Assembly (NCBI GenBank): GCA_944392605.1
Contig: CALXXE010000005.1
Location: 7,289-71,288 of the forward strand
DNA length: 64,000 bases
Source: an uncultured Clostridia bacterium
GTDB lineage: Bacteria > Bacillota > Clostridia > TANB77 > CAG-508
Direction: 5' to 3'
A program made the translations under genes and the position numbers. Within the stretch, counting starts at the first letter, position 1; each line of letters starts with the position of its first letter. Positions 7,722 to 16,226 of this stretch are shown piece after piece. The notes below the pieces were generated by a model. That model was not told the origin of the DNA. It ran no database searches and saw nothing but the letters and a program-made list of their open reading frames with translations.

Positions 7722-8927
7722 CTAGAATCTAATTATTTCATTATACATTTCCATAACAAAATTATCTGTCATACCTGAAATATATGATATTATAGCCCTA
7801 GAAAAATCTTGCTCATTAGAAATATCAAAAATAATTTTATTTTTCAACTTTAATTCTTCACGATTAGCGAAATCACAATAATTTTCTAAGAAATGATAAA
7901 AGCCATCTGATAATTTGGGATAGAATTTCTTTAAATTAGATAAGTTTAATAAAGTATTAGTATTATCATAACAAACTTTTAAAATATCGTAGATTTCATT
8001 AATAACAAGTTCAAAATATTTTGTAGAAGTAAGAGTACGTCTACTAAAATAAATATGTTTATAATTAAATTCTTTTATTTTATTCATTAATTCAAAAGCT
8101 TTTTGAGAAAAGCATAAACCTTTTTCAGGAGAAGAGTTTTCACATAAATCACATACTAAATAATTTATAATAGTACTGTTATTTAATGCTTCAGAAGAAT
8201 CATAATTCAATAAGTTGTATAATTCTTCTAAGTGGTTATCAAGTATTCCCAATGTAATTGCATCTTCTATATCACGTCCTATATATGAGATTTTATCAGA
8301 TATTTTAACTACACAAGCCTCCCATGTATATGGAGCATATTGATTAGGATGTATATACTCATTTAAATCTATAAATTCGTCTCTTGGTCGTAGTGCATTT
8401 TCATCTATTTCGCCACAGTGTGAAATAATACCATCACGAACTCCATAACATAGATTTAAATTATTTTTATATCCATCATGTCCTACTAGTAGTTCAATAG
8501 AGTCAACAAAATCTAAGCCATTTTTTTCATGCCAGAAACTAATTCCTAAATCTCTGTTAGAGATTTTAGAAATAATTTTTTCTCCTTCATGCCCAAAAGG
8601 ACTATGACCTAAATCATGACCGACTGCAATTGCTTTTGTTAATTCTGTATTTAAACCTAAGTAACTTGCAATTGTGTAGCTAATAGATTCTACGTGTGTT
8701 ACATGTTCAATTCTAGTACAAATATGATCATTTTCCGGAGAAAAGAATACTTGTGTTTTATGTTTTAATCTTCTATAAGCATTAGAATGGATTATTCTTG
8801 TATAATCTCTATCAAAAGAACTTCTTATATCAGTTTTCCTTGTCTCTAATGGTGCCATTCTTGAAATAACATTATTCCATTTAGGATTGTTCTCATTCAT
8901 GGCAAAATCTTTAAAAGAGTTTTTCAT
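7722..8927 (-). CDS. dGTPase-family deoxynucleoside triphosphate triphosphohydrolase (HD domain)
   Basis: FDRDYTRIIHSNAYRRLKHKTQVF..DHICTRIEHVTHV..VGHDLGHSPFGHEGE are the hallmark dGTPase/HD motifs. Confidence 0.85.
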   Translation of the reverse strand: MKNSFKDFAMNENNPKWNNVISRMAPLETRKTDIRSSFDRDYTRIIHSNAYRRLKHKTQVFFSPENDHICTRIEHVTHVESISYTIASYLGLNTELTKAIAVGHDLGHSPFGHEGEKIISKISNRDLGISFWHEKNGLDFVDSIELLVGHDGYKNNLNLCYGVRDGIISHCGEIDENALRPRDEFIDLNEYIHPNQYAPYTWEACVVKISDKISYIGRDIEDAITLGILDNHLEELYNLLNYDSSEALNNSTIINYLVCDLCENSSPEKGLCFSQKAFELMNKIKEFNYKHIYFSRRTLTSTKYFELVINEIYDILKVCYDNTNTLLNLSNLKKFYPKLSDGFYHFLENYCDFANREELKLKNKIIFDISNEQDFSRAIISYISGMTDNFVMEMYNEIIRF

Positions 8928-9190
8928 ATAATAATAACCTCCTAATTTTTTATTTTATATAAGAATTAACAATGTAATTGACTTATATAGTTTATAACAA
9001 ATAAGAAAAAAAGTCCAGAAAATAAATTATTAGTTATGCGTATTTTAGTTTTTGAAAATTTTATAGAATATAATTTAAAACAAAATATGTAAATAACAAA
9101 AGAATATAATTATATATAAATAAAAAACTAGAGAAAGTTCAATGTTTTGATTTTAAAATTAATAAAAAATAAAAGAAAGAAGGAAAATAA

Positions 9191-9982
9191 TTGGAAACAA
9201 ATATAGTATATTTTGATGAAACAGGAGATGATGGATTAATAAAAACATCAAGTGAAACATTTATATTAACTAGTATTTACATGTCATCAAAAAATTGGCA
9301 AAAAAATTATAACAAAATTAAATTTTTTCGAAGAGAATTAAAAGAAAAATATGGATTTTATATAAAAGAAGAAATGCACACAAAACATTTTTTAACAGAT
9401 AAAGATCCATATAGAAAATACAACTGGAACAAAGAAACAAAATTAGAAATTTTGAAAGCATTTACATTTGCTATTGCAAATTTAGACCTAACATGTATAA
9501 ATGTAATAATAGATAAAAGTAAAATTAAAAAACAAGATTATAAAATATTAGAAAATGCTCTAAAATATAATATTCAAAGGATAGATAATGATAGCAATGG
9601 TAAATGGAATTATATGATAATTACAGATAAAGGAAGAATAGCACCTATGAGAAAAACTGCTAGAGTGATAAGAACATATAATCCTATACAGTCAAAATAT
9701 TTTTTCTCATTTAAAAATCAGCCTATTTCAGGATTAATAGAAGATATACTAGAAAAAGATTCAAAAGAATCATACTTTATACAAATATGTGACTTTATTT
9801 CGTATTTTGTTCATTTGTATTATAAGTGTAGAGTAAATAAAAAAGATTTACCCAATAGAGTTGGAAATCTAATAGATAAAAAGTTTGTAGGAAGTGTGAT
9901 GGCAACATTAAAAAAATCAAATAAATTAAATTTAAAAGCCAATAAATCTAATAGTTATGGATTAGTAATTTACCCAAAATAA
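9191..9982 (+). CDS. DUF3800-like protein
   Basis: N-terminal VYFDETGD and C-terminal EKDSKESYFIQICDFISY match the DUF3800 pattern (DESG ... DS..S..IQ.aD). TTG start 7 nt after gaagga. Confidence 0.6.
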   Translation: METNIVYFDETGDDGLIKTSSETFILTSIYMSSKNWQKNYNKIKFFRRELKEKYGFYIKEEMHTKHFLTDKDPYRKYNWNKETKLEILKAFTFAIANLDLTCINVIIDKSKIKKQDYKILENALKYNIQRIDNDSNGKWNYMIITDKGRIAPMRKTARVIRTYNPIQSKYFFSFKNQPISGLIEDILEKDSKESYFIQICDFISYFVHLYYKCRVNKKDLPNRVGNLIDKKFVGSVMATLKKSNKLNLKANKSNSYGLVIYPK

Positions 9983-10107
9983 AACACCACCTACGGCACA
10001 TTCGTACTTTCAGTAGTTCAAGATGATTATATTAGAAAAAGTTATAAATGTCAAATCTTTTAGTACAATTTTATAAAATATTATGATATAAATCACATGA
10101 TTTTCTA

Positions 10108-10135
10108 TTGACTAAAAAATTATAAATAGTATAAT
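10108..10135 (+). promoter_or_regulatory. Sigma-A type promoter (TTGACT-16-TATAAT)
   Basis: ttgact at 10108-10113 and tataat at 10130-10135, upstream of the small ORF and the kinase gene. Confidence 0.5.
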
Positions 10136-10163
10136 AATTTTAGAAAAGAAAGGAGAACATAGA

Positions 10164-10298
10164 ATGTTTAATTTAGTAAGAGACGATTTTGATGAAAATT
10201 CAGATGATATATTAAATTCTATTAATAAAATGTTAGAAAAAAATAGAAAAGATAAAGAAGCAAAAGAAGATAATGAAGAAGAATCAAAAGGAGAATAA
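10164..10298 (+). CDS. Small acidic protein (44 aa) MFNLVRDDFDENSDDILNSINKMLEKNRKDKEAKEDNEEESKGE
   Basis: Untracked ORF with RBS aaaggagaa 7 nt upstream. Its stop lies 2 nt before the next ATG, and its 3-prime end supplies the RBS of the next gene. Confidence 0.35.
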   Translation: MFNLVRDDFDENSDDILNSINKMLEKNRKDKEAKEDNEEESKGE

Positions 10299-10300
10299 AA

Positions 10301-10972
10301 ATGGGAAAATTATTTGTAATAGATGGAACAGATGGTAGTGGAAAACAAACACAGTTTAATAAATTACAAGAAAGATTAAAAAAAGATGGAGTAGATTTTA
10401 GAGTAGTTAGTTTTCCAAATTATGATAGTCCAAGTTCTGGACTAGTTAAAATGTATTTATCAGGAGAGTTTGGAGAGAATGCAAAAGATGTAAGTCCATA
10501 TATTGCATCAACATTTTATGCTGCAGATAGATATGCAACATTTAAAACAGGATATCAAGAATATTATGATAATGGTGGAATAATACTAGCAGATAGATAT
10601 ACAACAGCTAATATGGTTCATCAAGCAGGCAAAATAGATAATGAAGAAGAAAGAGAAAAGTTTTTAAATTGGTTATGGGATTTTGAGTTTAATTTATATG
10701 GATTACCAGTTCCAACAGAAGTATTTTTCTTAAATATGCCAGTTGAGAAATCTTTAGAATTAATGAAAGACAGAGAAAATAAATTTACACATGGAGATAA
10801 AAAAGATATACATGAAAGAGATAAAAATCATTTAATAGATGCATATCATGCAGCTTGTTATGTTGCTAAAAAATATAATTGGTATGAAGTAAAATGTGTT
10901 AAAGATGATAAAATCAGGACAATAGAAGATATACATGAAGAAATTTATAATGAAATAGAAAAACATATATGA
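10301..10972 (+). CDS. tmk: Thymidylate (dTMP) kinase family protein
   Basis: P-loop FVIDGTDGSGKQTQ and the DRY motif (LADRYTTAN); length 223 aa. Confidence 0.75.
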   Translation: MGKLFVIDGTDGSGKQTQFNKLQERLKKDGVDFRVVSFPNYDSPSSGLVKMYLSGEFGENAKDVSPYIASTFYAADRYATFKTGYQEYYDNGGIILADRYTTANMVHQAGKIDNEEEREKFLNWLWDFEFNLYGLPVPTEVFFLNMPVEKSLELMKDRENKFTHGDKKDIHERDKNHLIDAYHAACYVAKKYNWYEVKCVKDDKIRTIEDIHEEIYNEIEKHI

Positions 10973-11001
10973 GACAAATAGGGACGAACCTTATTTGTCT
11001 C
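10971..11001. repeat. GAGAC..AGGGACG..GTCTC hairpin, copy A (also acts as a bidirectional terminator)
   Basis: 10-bp perfect stem gagacaaata / tatttgtctc with loop gggacgaacct. The TGA of tgagac is the tmk stop codon. Confidence 0.8.
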
Positions 11002-11002
11002 A

Positions 11003-11209
11003 TTACGCATCTTTTTCTATATTAATTAATTCATCAATTGTACAGTCTAGATATTTACAAAGTTCTTCTAAATATTTAAAAGAAATAGAAGAAGTCTCAC
11101 CATGTATAACACGATTTAAATTTCTAGAAGTAATATTCATATTTTGACATAACCAATATTTAGATTTATTTTTTCTTTTTAATAGTGTTTCAATATTAAA
11201 ACGAATCAT
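11003..11209 (-). CDS. Small XRE/Cro-like HTH regulator (68 aa from the internal Met)
   Basis: MIRFNIETLLKRKNKSKYWLCQNMNITSRNLNRVIHGE.. is an HTH. RBS gaggt precedes the ATG at 11209. The longer 100-aa reading in the ORF track has no RBS. Confidence 0.65.
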   Translation of the reverse strand: MIRFNIETLLKRKNKSKYWLCQNMNITSRNLNRVIHGETSSISFKYLEELCKYLDCTIDELINIEKDA

Positions 11210-11376
11210 ATCTCTTACCTCTTGGTAAACATTATAAAATATATTATTTAGATATTTAAGATACTTGAAAATACCACATTTCAAGAGTTTAATTTGATTA
11301 AACAATAAAAATAAAAACTTGAAAATTTTTCATAAAAATTGTAAAATTAGTTATCATAAATTTAGGTGGTGGAGAT

Positions 11377-12141
11377 ATGAAAGTATTATTAACAGGAGCA
11401 TCTTCTGGAATAGGAAAAGATATGGCAAAAATACTAAATAAAAAAGGTTATGATTTGGTATTAGTTGCAAGAAATGAAGAAAAATTAGATAATGTAAAAA
11501 AAGAATTAGAAAAAGAAAATACTGAAAATAAAATAGAAATAATACCATTGGATTTATCAGTAGAAGAAAATTGTAAAGAATTGTGTAAAAGAGTAAAAAA
11601 TGTTGATATTTTAATTAATAATGCAGGATTTGGAGATTGTGGAAATTTTACTAAAACAGATTTAGAAAAAGAAATGAAAATGATAAAAACAAATATAGTT
11701 GCATATCATATATTAATGAAAGAATATCTAAAAGAAATGAAAGAAAGAAATAGTGGTAAGATTCTTAATGTTGCATCTATTGCAGGTTTTATGCCAGGAC
11801 CACTAATGGCAACATATTATGCGACTAAAGCTTATGTTGTAAGATTATCAGAAGCAGTAAGAGAAGAACTAAAAAAAGAAAAATCAAATGTAAAAATAAG
11901 TATACTATGCCCAGGACCAGTTGCAACAAATTTTAATAATGTTGCAAATGTAAAATTTAAATTAAGAGAAGCAAATAGTTTTGATGTGGCTAAATATGCA
12001 ATTAAGAAAATGGAAAAAGGTAAGTTTTATATAGTGCCAGGCTTAGATGTTAAAATAGGAAGATTTGGAGCAAAAATATTTCCAACAAATTTAGTAAGTA
12101 AAGTAGCATATAGAGTTCAGAAAAGAAAATTGAAGGGATAA
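11377..12141 (+). CDS. SDR family oxidoreductase
   Basis: VLLTGASSGIGK, NNAG and YYATKAY motifs. Confidence 0.85.
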   Translation: MKVLLTGASSGIGKDMAKILNKKGYDLVLVARNEEKLDNVKKELEKENTENKIEIIPLDLSVEENCKELCKRVKNVDILINNAGFGDCGNFTKTDLEKEMKMIKTNIVAYHILMKEYLKEMKERNSGKILNVASIAGFMPGPLMATYYATKAYVVRLSEAVREELKKEKSNVKISILCPGPVATNFNNVANVKFKLREANSFDVAKYAIKKMEKGKFYIVPGLDVKIGRFGAKIFPTNLVSKVAYRVQKRKLKG

Positions 12142-12263
12142 ATATATGAATAATTGCAAGGTTTTATATTTGTTAAAGTATAAAACCTTATTTTATTGCA
12201 TAGGAAAAATCACTAAATTGTTTTAAAATGTTAATAAAAAGTAAAAAATTTATTTTAAAGTGA

Positions 12264-12292
12264 TTGCGAAAATTTGTTTCGTATGATATAAA
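12264..12292 (+). promoter_or_regulatory. Promoter (TTGCGA-17-TATAAA) overlapped by an SOS-box-like palindrome cgaaaatttgtttcg
   Basis: 12267-12281 contains GAAAATTTGTTT, one mismatch from the Firmicute LexA core GAAC-N4-GTTT/C. It lies directly upstream of dinD. Confidence 0.45.
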
Positions 12293-12375
12293 TATAGTAT
12301 TGAAATTCTTAAATTAGTAAACCTTAAATATAAAAAGTAATGAAATACAAAATTAGAAGGAAGGAGAAAGATGGT

Positions 12376-13221
12376 ATGGAAAAAGAGTTAGTAAATAAAA
12401 CAGAAAAAGATTTTGAGAGTATTAAACATATTGATGAAAATGGTGTGGAATTTTGGTATGCAAGAGAACTAATGACGATGTTAGAATATAAACAGTGGAG
12501 ACGTTTTGAACAAGTGATAGAAAAAGCAAAAGAAGCTTGTGAAAATAGCAATATAAAAGTAGATGACCATTTTGCCAACGTTGGCAAAATCGTGAAGGCG
12601 GGAGTAACTAGTAAAAATATTGGAGATATAAAATTAACTAGATATGCTTGTTACTTAATTGCTCAAAATGGAGATAGTAGAAAAAAAGCAATAGCAATGG
12701 CACAAACTTATTTTGCAGTTCAAACTAGAAAACAGGAAATAACAAGAAAAGAATATGAAAGTCTAAGTGAAGACGAAAAAAGACTATATACGAGAAAAAA
12801 TGTAAGAGATAAAAATAAATATTTATTTGATACTGCAAAAGCTGCAGGAGTTAAAAATTATGGAAAATTTAACAATTATGGATATAGAGGACTATATAAT
12901 GGAGAAACGGCAAAAGACATAGCAAATAGAAAAGGAATATCTCCAAGAGAAGATATATTAGATTATATGAGTAGTACAGAGCTTGCAGCTAATTTGTTTA
13001 GAATAACACAAACTGATGAAGTTAAAAAAAATAAAAATATAGATAATGAAAATGATGCTTGTAGAACGCACCATAATGTAGGACAAGCAGTTAGACAAAC
13101 AATAAAAAGAATCGGAGGTACAATGCCAGAGGATTTACCGACACCAAGTAGAAGTGCAAAAGAAATAGAAAAAGAAAGAAATAAGAATTTAAAAATTGAA
13201 AATAGAGAAAAATTAAATTAA
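12376..13221 (+). CDS. dinD: DNA damage-inducible protein D (DinD-like)
   Basis: FESIKHIDENGVEFWYARELMTMLEYKQWRRFEQVIEKAKEAC..TRYACYLIAQNGDSRKKAIAMAQTYFAVQTRKQE is the conserved DinD N-terminal region. ATG at 12376 is 9 nt after aggag. Confidence 0.8.
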   Translation: MEKELVNKTEKDFESIKHIDENGVEFWYARELMTMLEYKQWRRFEQVIEKAKEACENSNIKVDDHFANVGKIVKAGVTSKNIGDIKLTRYACYLIAQNGDSRKKAIAMAQTYFAVQTRKQEITRKEYESLSEDEKRLYTRKNVRDKNKYLFDTAKAAGVKNYGKFNNYGYRGLYNGETAKDIANRKGISPREDILDYMSSTELAANLFRITQTDEVKKNKNIDNENDACRTHHNVGQAVRQTIKRIGGTMPEDLPTPSRSAKEIEKERNKNLKIENREKLN

Positions 13222-13226
13222 TGTTA

Positions 13227-13397
13227 TTGACAAGTAAATACAAATTATGGTAAACTAAAGATGTGTTAGGAGTGTACTTAAGGGAGAAATTCTGAGCAGT
13301 ACAGAGTAGAAAAATTCTACTTACACTAGAAAAGTAAGAAAAGCCTTACTTGAGGAGTCTTAAACAAGATTTTTCAAGTGAGGCTTTTTAGATTTTT
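13227..13397 (+). promoter_or_regulatory. Promoter (TTGACA-18-TGgTAAACT) plus a structured leader with a terminator/antiterminator arrangement
   Basis: Terminator gccttacttga / tcaagtgaggc (13343-13384) followed by T-runs. The competing hairpin agtaag / cttact shares the ccttact segment. Upstream are the helices agtgta/tacact and gtaga/tctac. Confidence 0.45.
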
Positions 13398-13410
13398 AGG
13401 AGGGGATATT

Positions 13411-14196
13411 ATGCAAGGAGTAAGGGAGTTACTAGAAAATTACTATTCGGGTTATGAAGAAAATGAAAGATTAGTAAAAGATAAAGCACATAAGGTAGAA
13501 TTTTTAACTACAACTAAATATATTGATAAATATATAAAGCCAGGAGATAAAATACTAGAAGTAGGTGCAGGCACAGGAAGATATTCTCTTTATTATGCTA
13601 GTAAAGGTTATGAAGTGGAAGCGGTAGAATTAACTAAGTGGAATATAGAAGAATTCAAGAAAAATATAGATGAGAATATGAATGTGAGCGTTCATGAAGG
13701 AAATGCTTTAGACCTAAGTATGTATAAAGATAATCTTTTTGATATAACTTTAGTGTTAGGACCAATTTATCACTTATTTAGTATGGAGGAGAAGAAAAAA
13801 GCTATAGAAGAAGCAATTAGAGTAACAAAACCACATGGAAAAATCTTTATTGCTTATATAACAAATGATATTGTTATAATAACTTATGGACTAAAGAAAG
13901 GAAATTTATTAAAATTAAAAGATGTTTGTGATGAAAATTATAAAGTTAAAGAAATACCAGAAGAAATATTTTCAGTAAATTATATTGAAGAATTTGAAAA
14001 CATGATGAAGAAATTTCCAGTAAAGTTTTTAAATGAATTAGGAGTAGATGGGTTATCTGAAAGTTTGGAGGAATATATAAATAATTTATCAGATGAAGAA
14101 TATGAAGTGTGGTTAGATTACCATTTCAAAAATTGTGAACGAAAAGATATAATGGGCTATAGTAGTCATGTAGTCTATATATGTGAAAAAAACTAA
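13411..14196 (+). CDS. Class I SAM-dependent methyltransferase
   Basis: Motif I ILEVGAGTGRYSLYYA, post-I acidic residue VEAVE, and motif II-like LFDITLVLGP. ATG at 13411 follows aggagg. The ORF-track start at 13378 lies inside the terminator stem. Confidence 0.8.
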   Translation: MQGVRELLENYYSGYEENERLVKDKAHKVEFLTTTKYIDKYIKPGDKILEVGAGTGRYSLYYASKGYEVEAVELTKWNIEEFKKNIDENMNVSVHEGNALDLSMYKDNLFDITLVLGPIYHLFSMEEKKKAIEEAIRVTKPHGKIFIAYITNDIVIITYGLKKGNLLKLKDVCDENYKVKEIPEEIFSVNYIEEFENMMKKFPVKFLNELGVDGLSESLEEYINNLSDEEYEVWLDYHFKNCERKDIMGYSSHVVYICEKN

Positions 14197-14257
14197 ACAA
14201 AAAAAGAAGCGTCAAAAATTATAAAAGAAAATTTTAATTTATAAAGGAGAGTTTGGA

Positions 14258-14758
14258 ATGATTAGATATTATGAAAAAGAAGATATAGAACAAATAGCGA
14301 AAATAATTGATGAAGATTGGAAGATAGCTTTTAAAGGAATTATTGCTGAGGACTATCTAAAAAATTTAAATTATAAAGATAGAGAAAAAAGAATAAGAGA
14401 TAAATATCAAAAAGAAAAAGCGATAGTATATGAGGATAATGGAATTATAAAAGGTTTTTGTAGGTTTGGAGAAAATAGAGATGATGAGAAAGAATTAGCA
14501 GAAATATATGCTTTATATGTTAAAAACGATGAAAGAAGAACAGGTATAGGAGAAAAACTTATAACTAAAGCTAAAGAAATTTTGAAAGAAAGAGGATATG
14601 AAGAAGTTCTTCTTTGGTGTTTAGAAGAAAATAAAAATGCAAGAAACTTTTATGAAAAAGTTGGAGGTAAATTATATAAAGAAAGATTATTTAAAATTGG
14701 AAATATATATTATAATGAGGTAAGTTATAAATATAATTTAAAGGGGGAATTAGAATGA
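14258..14758 (+). CDS. GNAT family N-acetyltransferase
   Basis: The acetyl-CoA motif RRTGIGEKLI and NKNARNFYEKVG are typical of GNAT motifs A/B. Confidence 0.8.
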   Translation: MIRYYEKEDIEQIAKIIDEDWKIAFKGIIAEDYLKNLNYKDREKRIRDKYQKEKAIVYEDNGIIKGFCRFGENRDDEKELAEIYALYVKNDERRTGIGEKLITKAKEILKERGYEEVLLWCLEENKNARNFYEKVGGKLYKERLFKIGNIYYNEVSYKYNLKGELE

Positions 14759-15321
14759 AGTATTTTAGGAAGTTAGTAGGAGAACATATTTATTTATCAC
14801 CAATAAGAGTAGAAGATGTGGAAAAATATACAGAATGGATGAATGATTTTGAAACAACAGATTATACTGGAAGAAGTAGTCAAATATATACAGTAGAAAA
14901 TGAAAGAAAATGGTTAGAAGGTAGTATAGAGGATAAATCAAATCAAATATTTGGAATAGTAGATTTAGAAAATGATAAACTTATAGGAAATTGTGGAATT
15001 TACAAAATTGATTCAAAAAATAGAACTGCAACACTTGGAATATTTATAGGAGATAAGGAAGAACGAAATAAAGGATATGGAACAGAAACAATAAAACTAT
15101 TATTAGATTATGGATTTAACTATTTAAACTTACATGAAATACAATTAGATGTAATGTCTTTTAATGAAAGGGCAATTAGATGTTATGAAAAGGCAGGATT
15201 TAAGCAATATGGAAGAAGAAGAGAATCTGAATATGTAAATGGTAAGTATTATGATAGAATAAGTATGGATATTTTAAAGTCTGAATTTAAAGAGAGTTAT
15301 ATAAAAAATAAAAACATATAA
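14755..15321 (+). CDS. GNAT family N-acetyltransferase (RimJ/RimL-like)
   Basis: RNKGYGTETIKLLLDYGF and NERAIRCYEKAGF motifs. Overlaps the upstream GNAT gene by 4 nt (ATGA). Confidence 0.8.
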   Translation: MKYFRKLVGEHIYLSPIRVEDVEKYTEWMNDFETTDYTGRSSQIYTVENERKWLEGSIEDKSNQIFGIVDLENDKLIGNCGIYKIDSKNRTATLGIFIGDKEERNKGYGTETIKLLLDYGFNYLNLHEIQLDVMSFNERAIRCYEKAGFKQYGRRRESEYVNGKYYDRISMDILKSEFKESYIKNKNI

Positions 15322-15358
15322 GGGAGTTTTCCTTTATATGTTTTACTTTTTATTTTTT

Positions 15359-16075
15359 CTATATATTAGAAAAAACTTTTCCTAAAGAATCGTTAATAAC
15401 TAAGTTTGCGATGTTGTCAAAAGGAGTTGTAGACTTATTAATTAATATCAAGTTTTTTCCATTGAAATACCTAATTAAGCCACTTGCAGGATAAACAGTA
15501 AGTGAAGTACCACCAATTATCAAAGTATCACAATTTGAAATTACGTTTATGGAATTTGTGTAAATTTCCTCATCTAAAGGCTCTTCGTAAAGGACAACAT
15601 CGGGCTTAATAATTCCACCACAACTACAGTATGGAACACCTGTAGAATTAAAGATAAAGTCAGCATCGTAGAACTTATGGCATTTCGTACAATAATTTCT
15701 CAGAACACTTCCATGTAATTCATAAACAACTTTAGAGCTAGCCTTTTGATGAAGACCATCAATATTTTGGGTAACTACAGCTTTAAGTTTTTCTTGTTTT
15801 TCTAGTTCTGCCAATTTTAAATGAGTAACGTTTGGTTTAAACTTTAAAGAATTCATTTTATCTCTATAAAATTTAAAAAATTCCTCGGTATTTTCGTAAA
15901 AGAAATGATGACTCAAAATTTCTTCTGGCGGAAATTTATATCTTTGATTATATAAACCATCTTTACTGCGAAAGTCAGGAATACCACTTTCAGTAGAAAC
16001 ACCTGCACCTCCAAAAAATACTATATTGTTACTCATATTAACTATTTTTTTAAATTTTTCTATTTTTTCATCCAT
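15359..16075 (-). CDS. cobB: NAD-dependent protein deacylase, Sir2 family (CobB)
   Basis: GAGVSTESGIPDFRS, TQNIDGLH, and the zinc ribbon CTKC..CSCGG. ATG at 16075 is 5 nt after aggtga. Confidence 0.85.
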   Translation of the reverse strand: MDEKIEKFKKIVNMSNNIVFFGGAGVSTESGIPDFRSKDGLYNQRYKFPPEEILSHHFFYENTEEFFKFYRDKMNSLKFKPNVTHLKLAELEKQEKLKAVVTQNIDGLHQKASSKVVYELHGSVLRNYCTKCHKFYDADFIFNSTGVPYCSCGGIIKPDVVLYEEPLDEEIYTNSINVISNCDTLIIGGTSLTVYPASGLIRYFNGKNLILINKSTTPFDNIANLVINDSLGKVFSNI

Positions 16076-16182
16076 AAAAATCACCTGAATGTATTATATA
16101 ATAAGAAAGAGAATAATTAAATATAAAAAGAGAAAAGATTAGAAAAGATAAGTGTTAAAACTAATATTTTAATGTATTTATA

Positions 16183-16211
16183 TTGACAAAAGCAAACAAA
16201 CATTCTATAAT
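16183..16211 (+). promoter_or_regulatory. Perfect consensus promoter TTGACA-17-TATAAT with a degenerate SOS-like spacer
   Basis: ttgaca at 16183-16188 and tataat at 16206-16211. The spacer contains aaacaaacattc, two mismatches from GAAC-N4-GTTC. Confidence 0.55.
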
Positions 16212-16226
16212 AAAATCGGTGATAAT

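Noticed and set aside
13378-13410. N-terminal extensions given by the ORF track (13378, and likewise 56125, 47072, 26941, 11305, 12340, 59466).
   Set aside because: The extended starts lie inside terminator stems or lack an RBS. In each case an in-frame ATG/TTG preceded by a strong Shine-Dalgarno matches the conserved protein N-terminus, so shorter coordinates were used.
15359-16075. Sir2-family gene considered as a defence-type SIR2 effector.
   Set aside because: It has the canonical CobB architecture and size (GAGVSTESGIPDFRS, a zinc ribbon, about 238 aa). It has no fused or adjacent sensor gene and sits beside two GNAT acetyltransferases, consistent with housekeeping protein deacylation.
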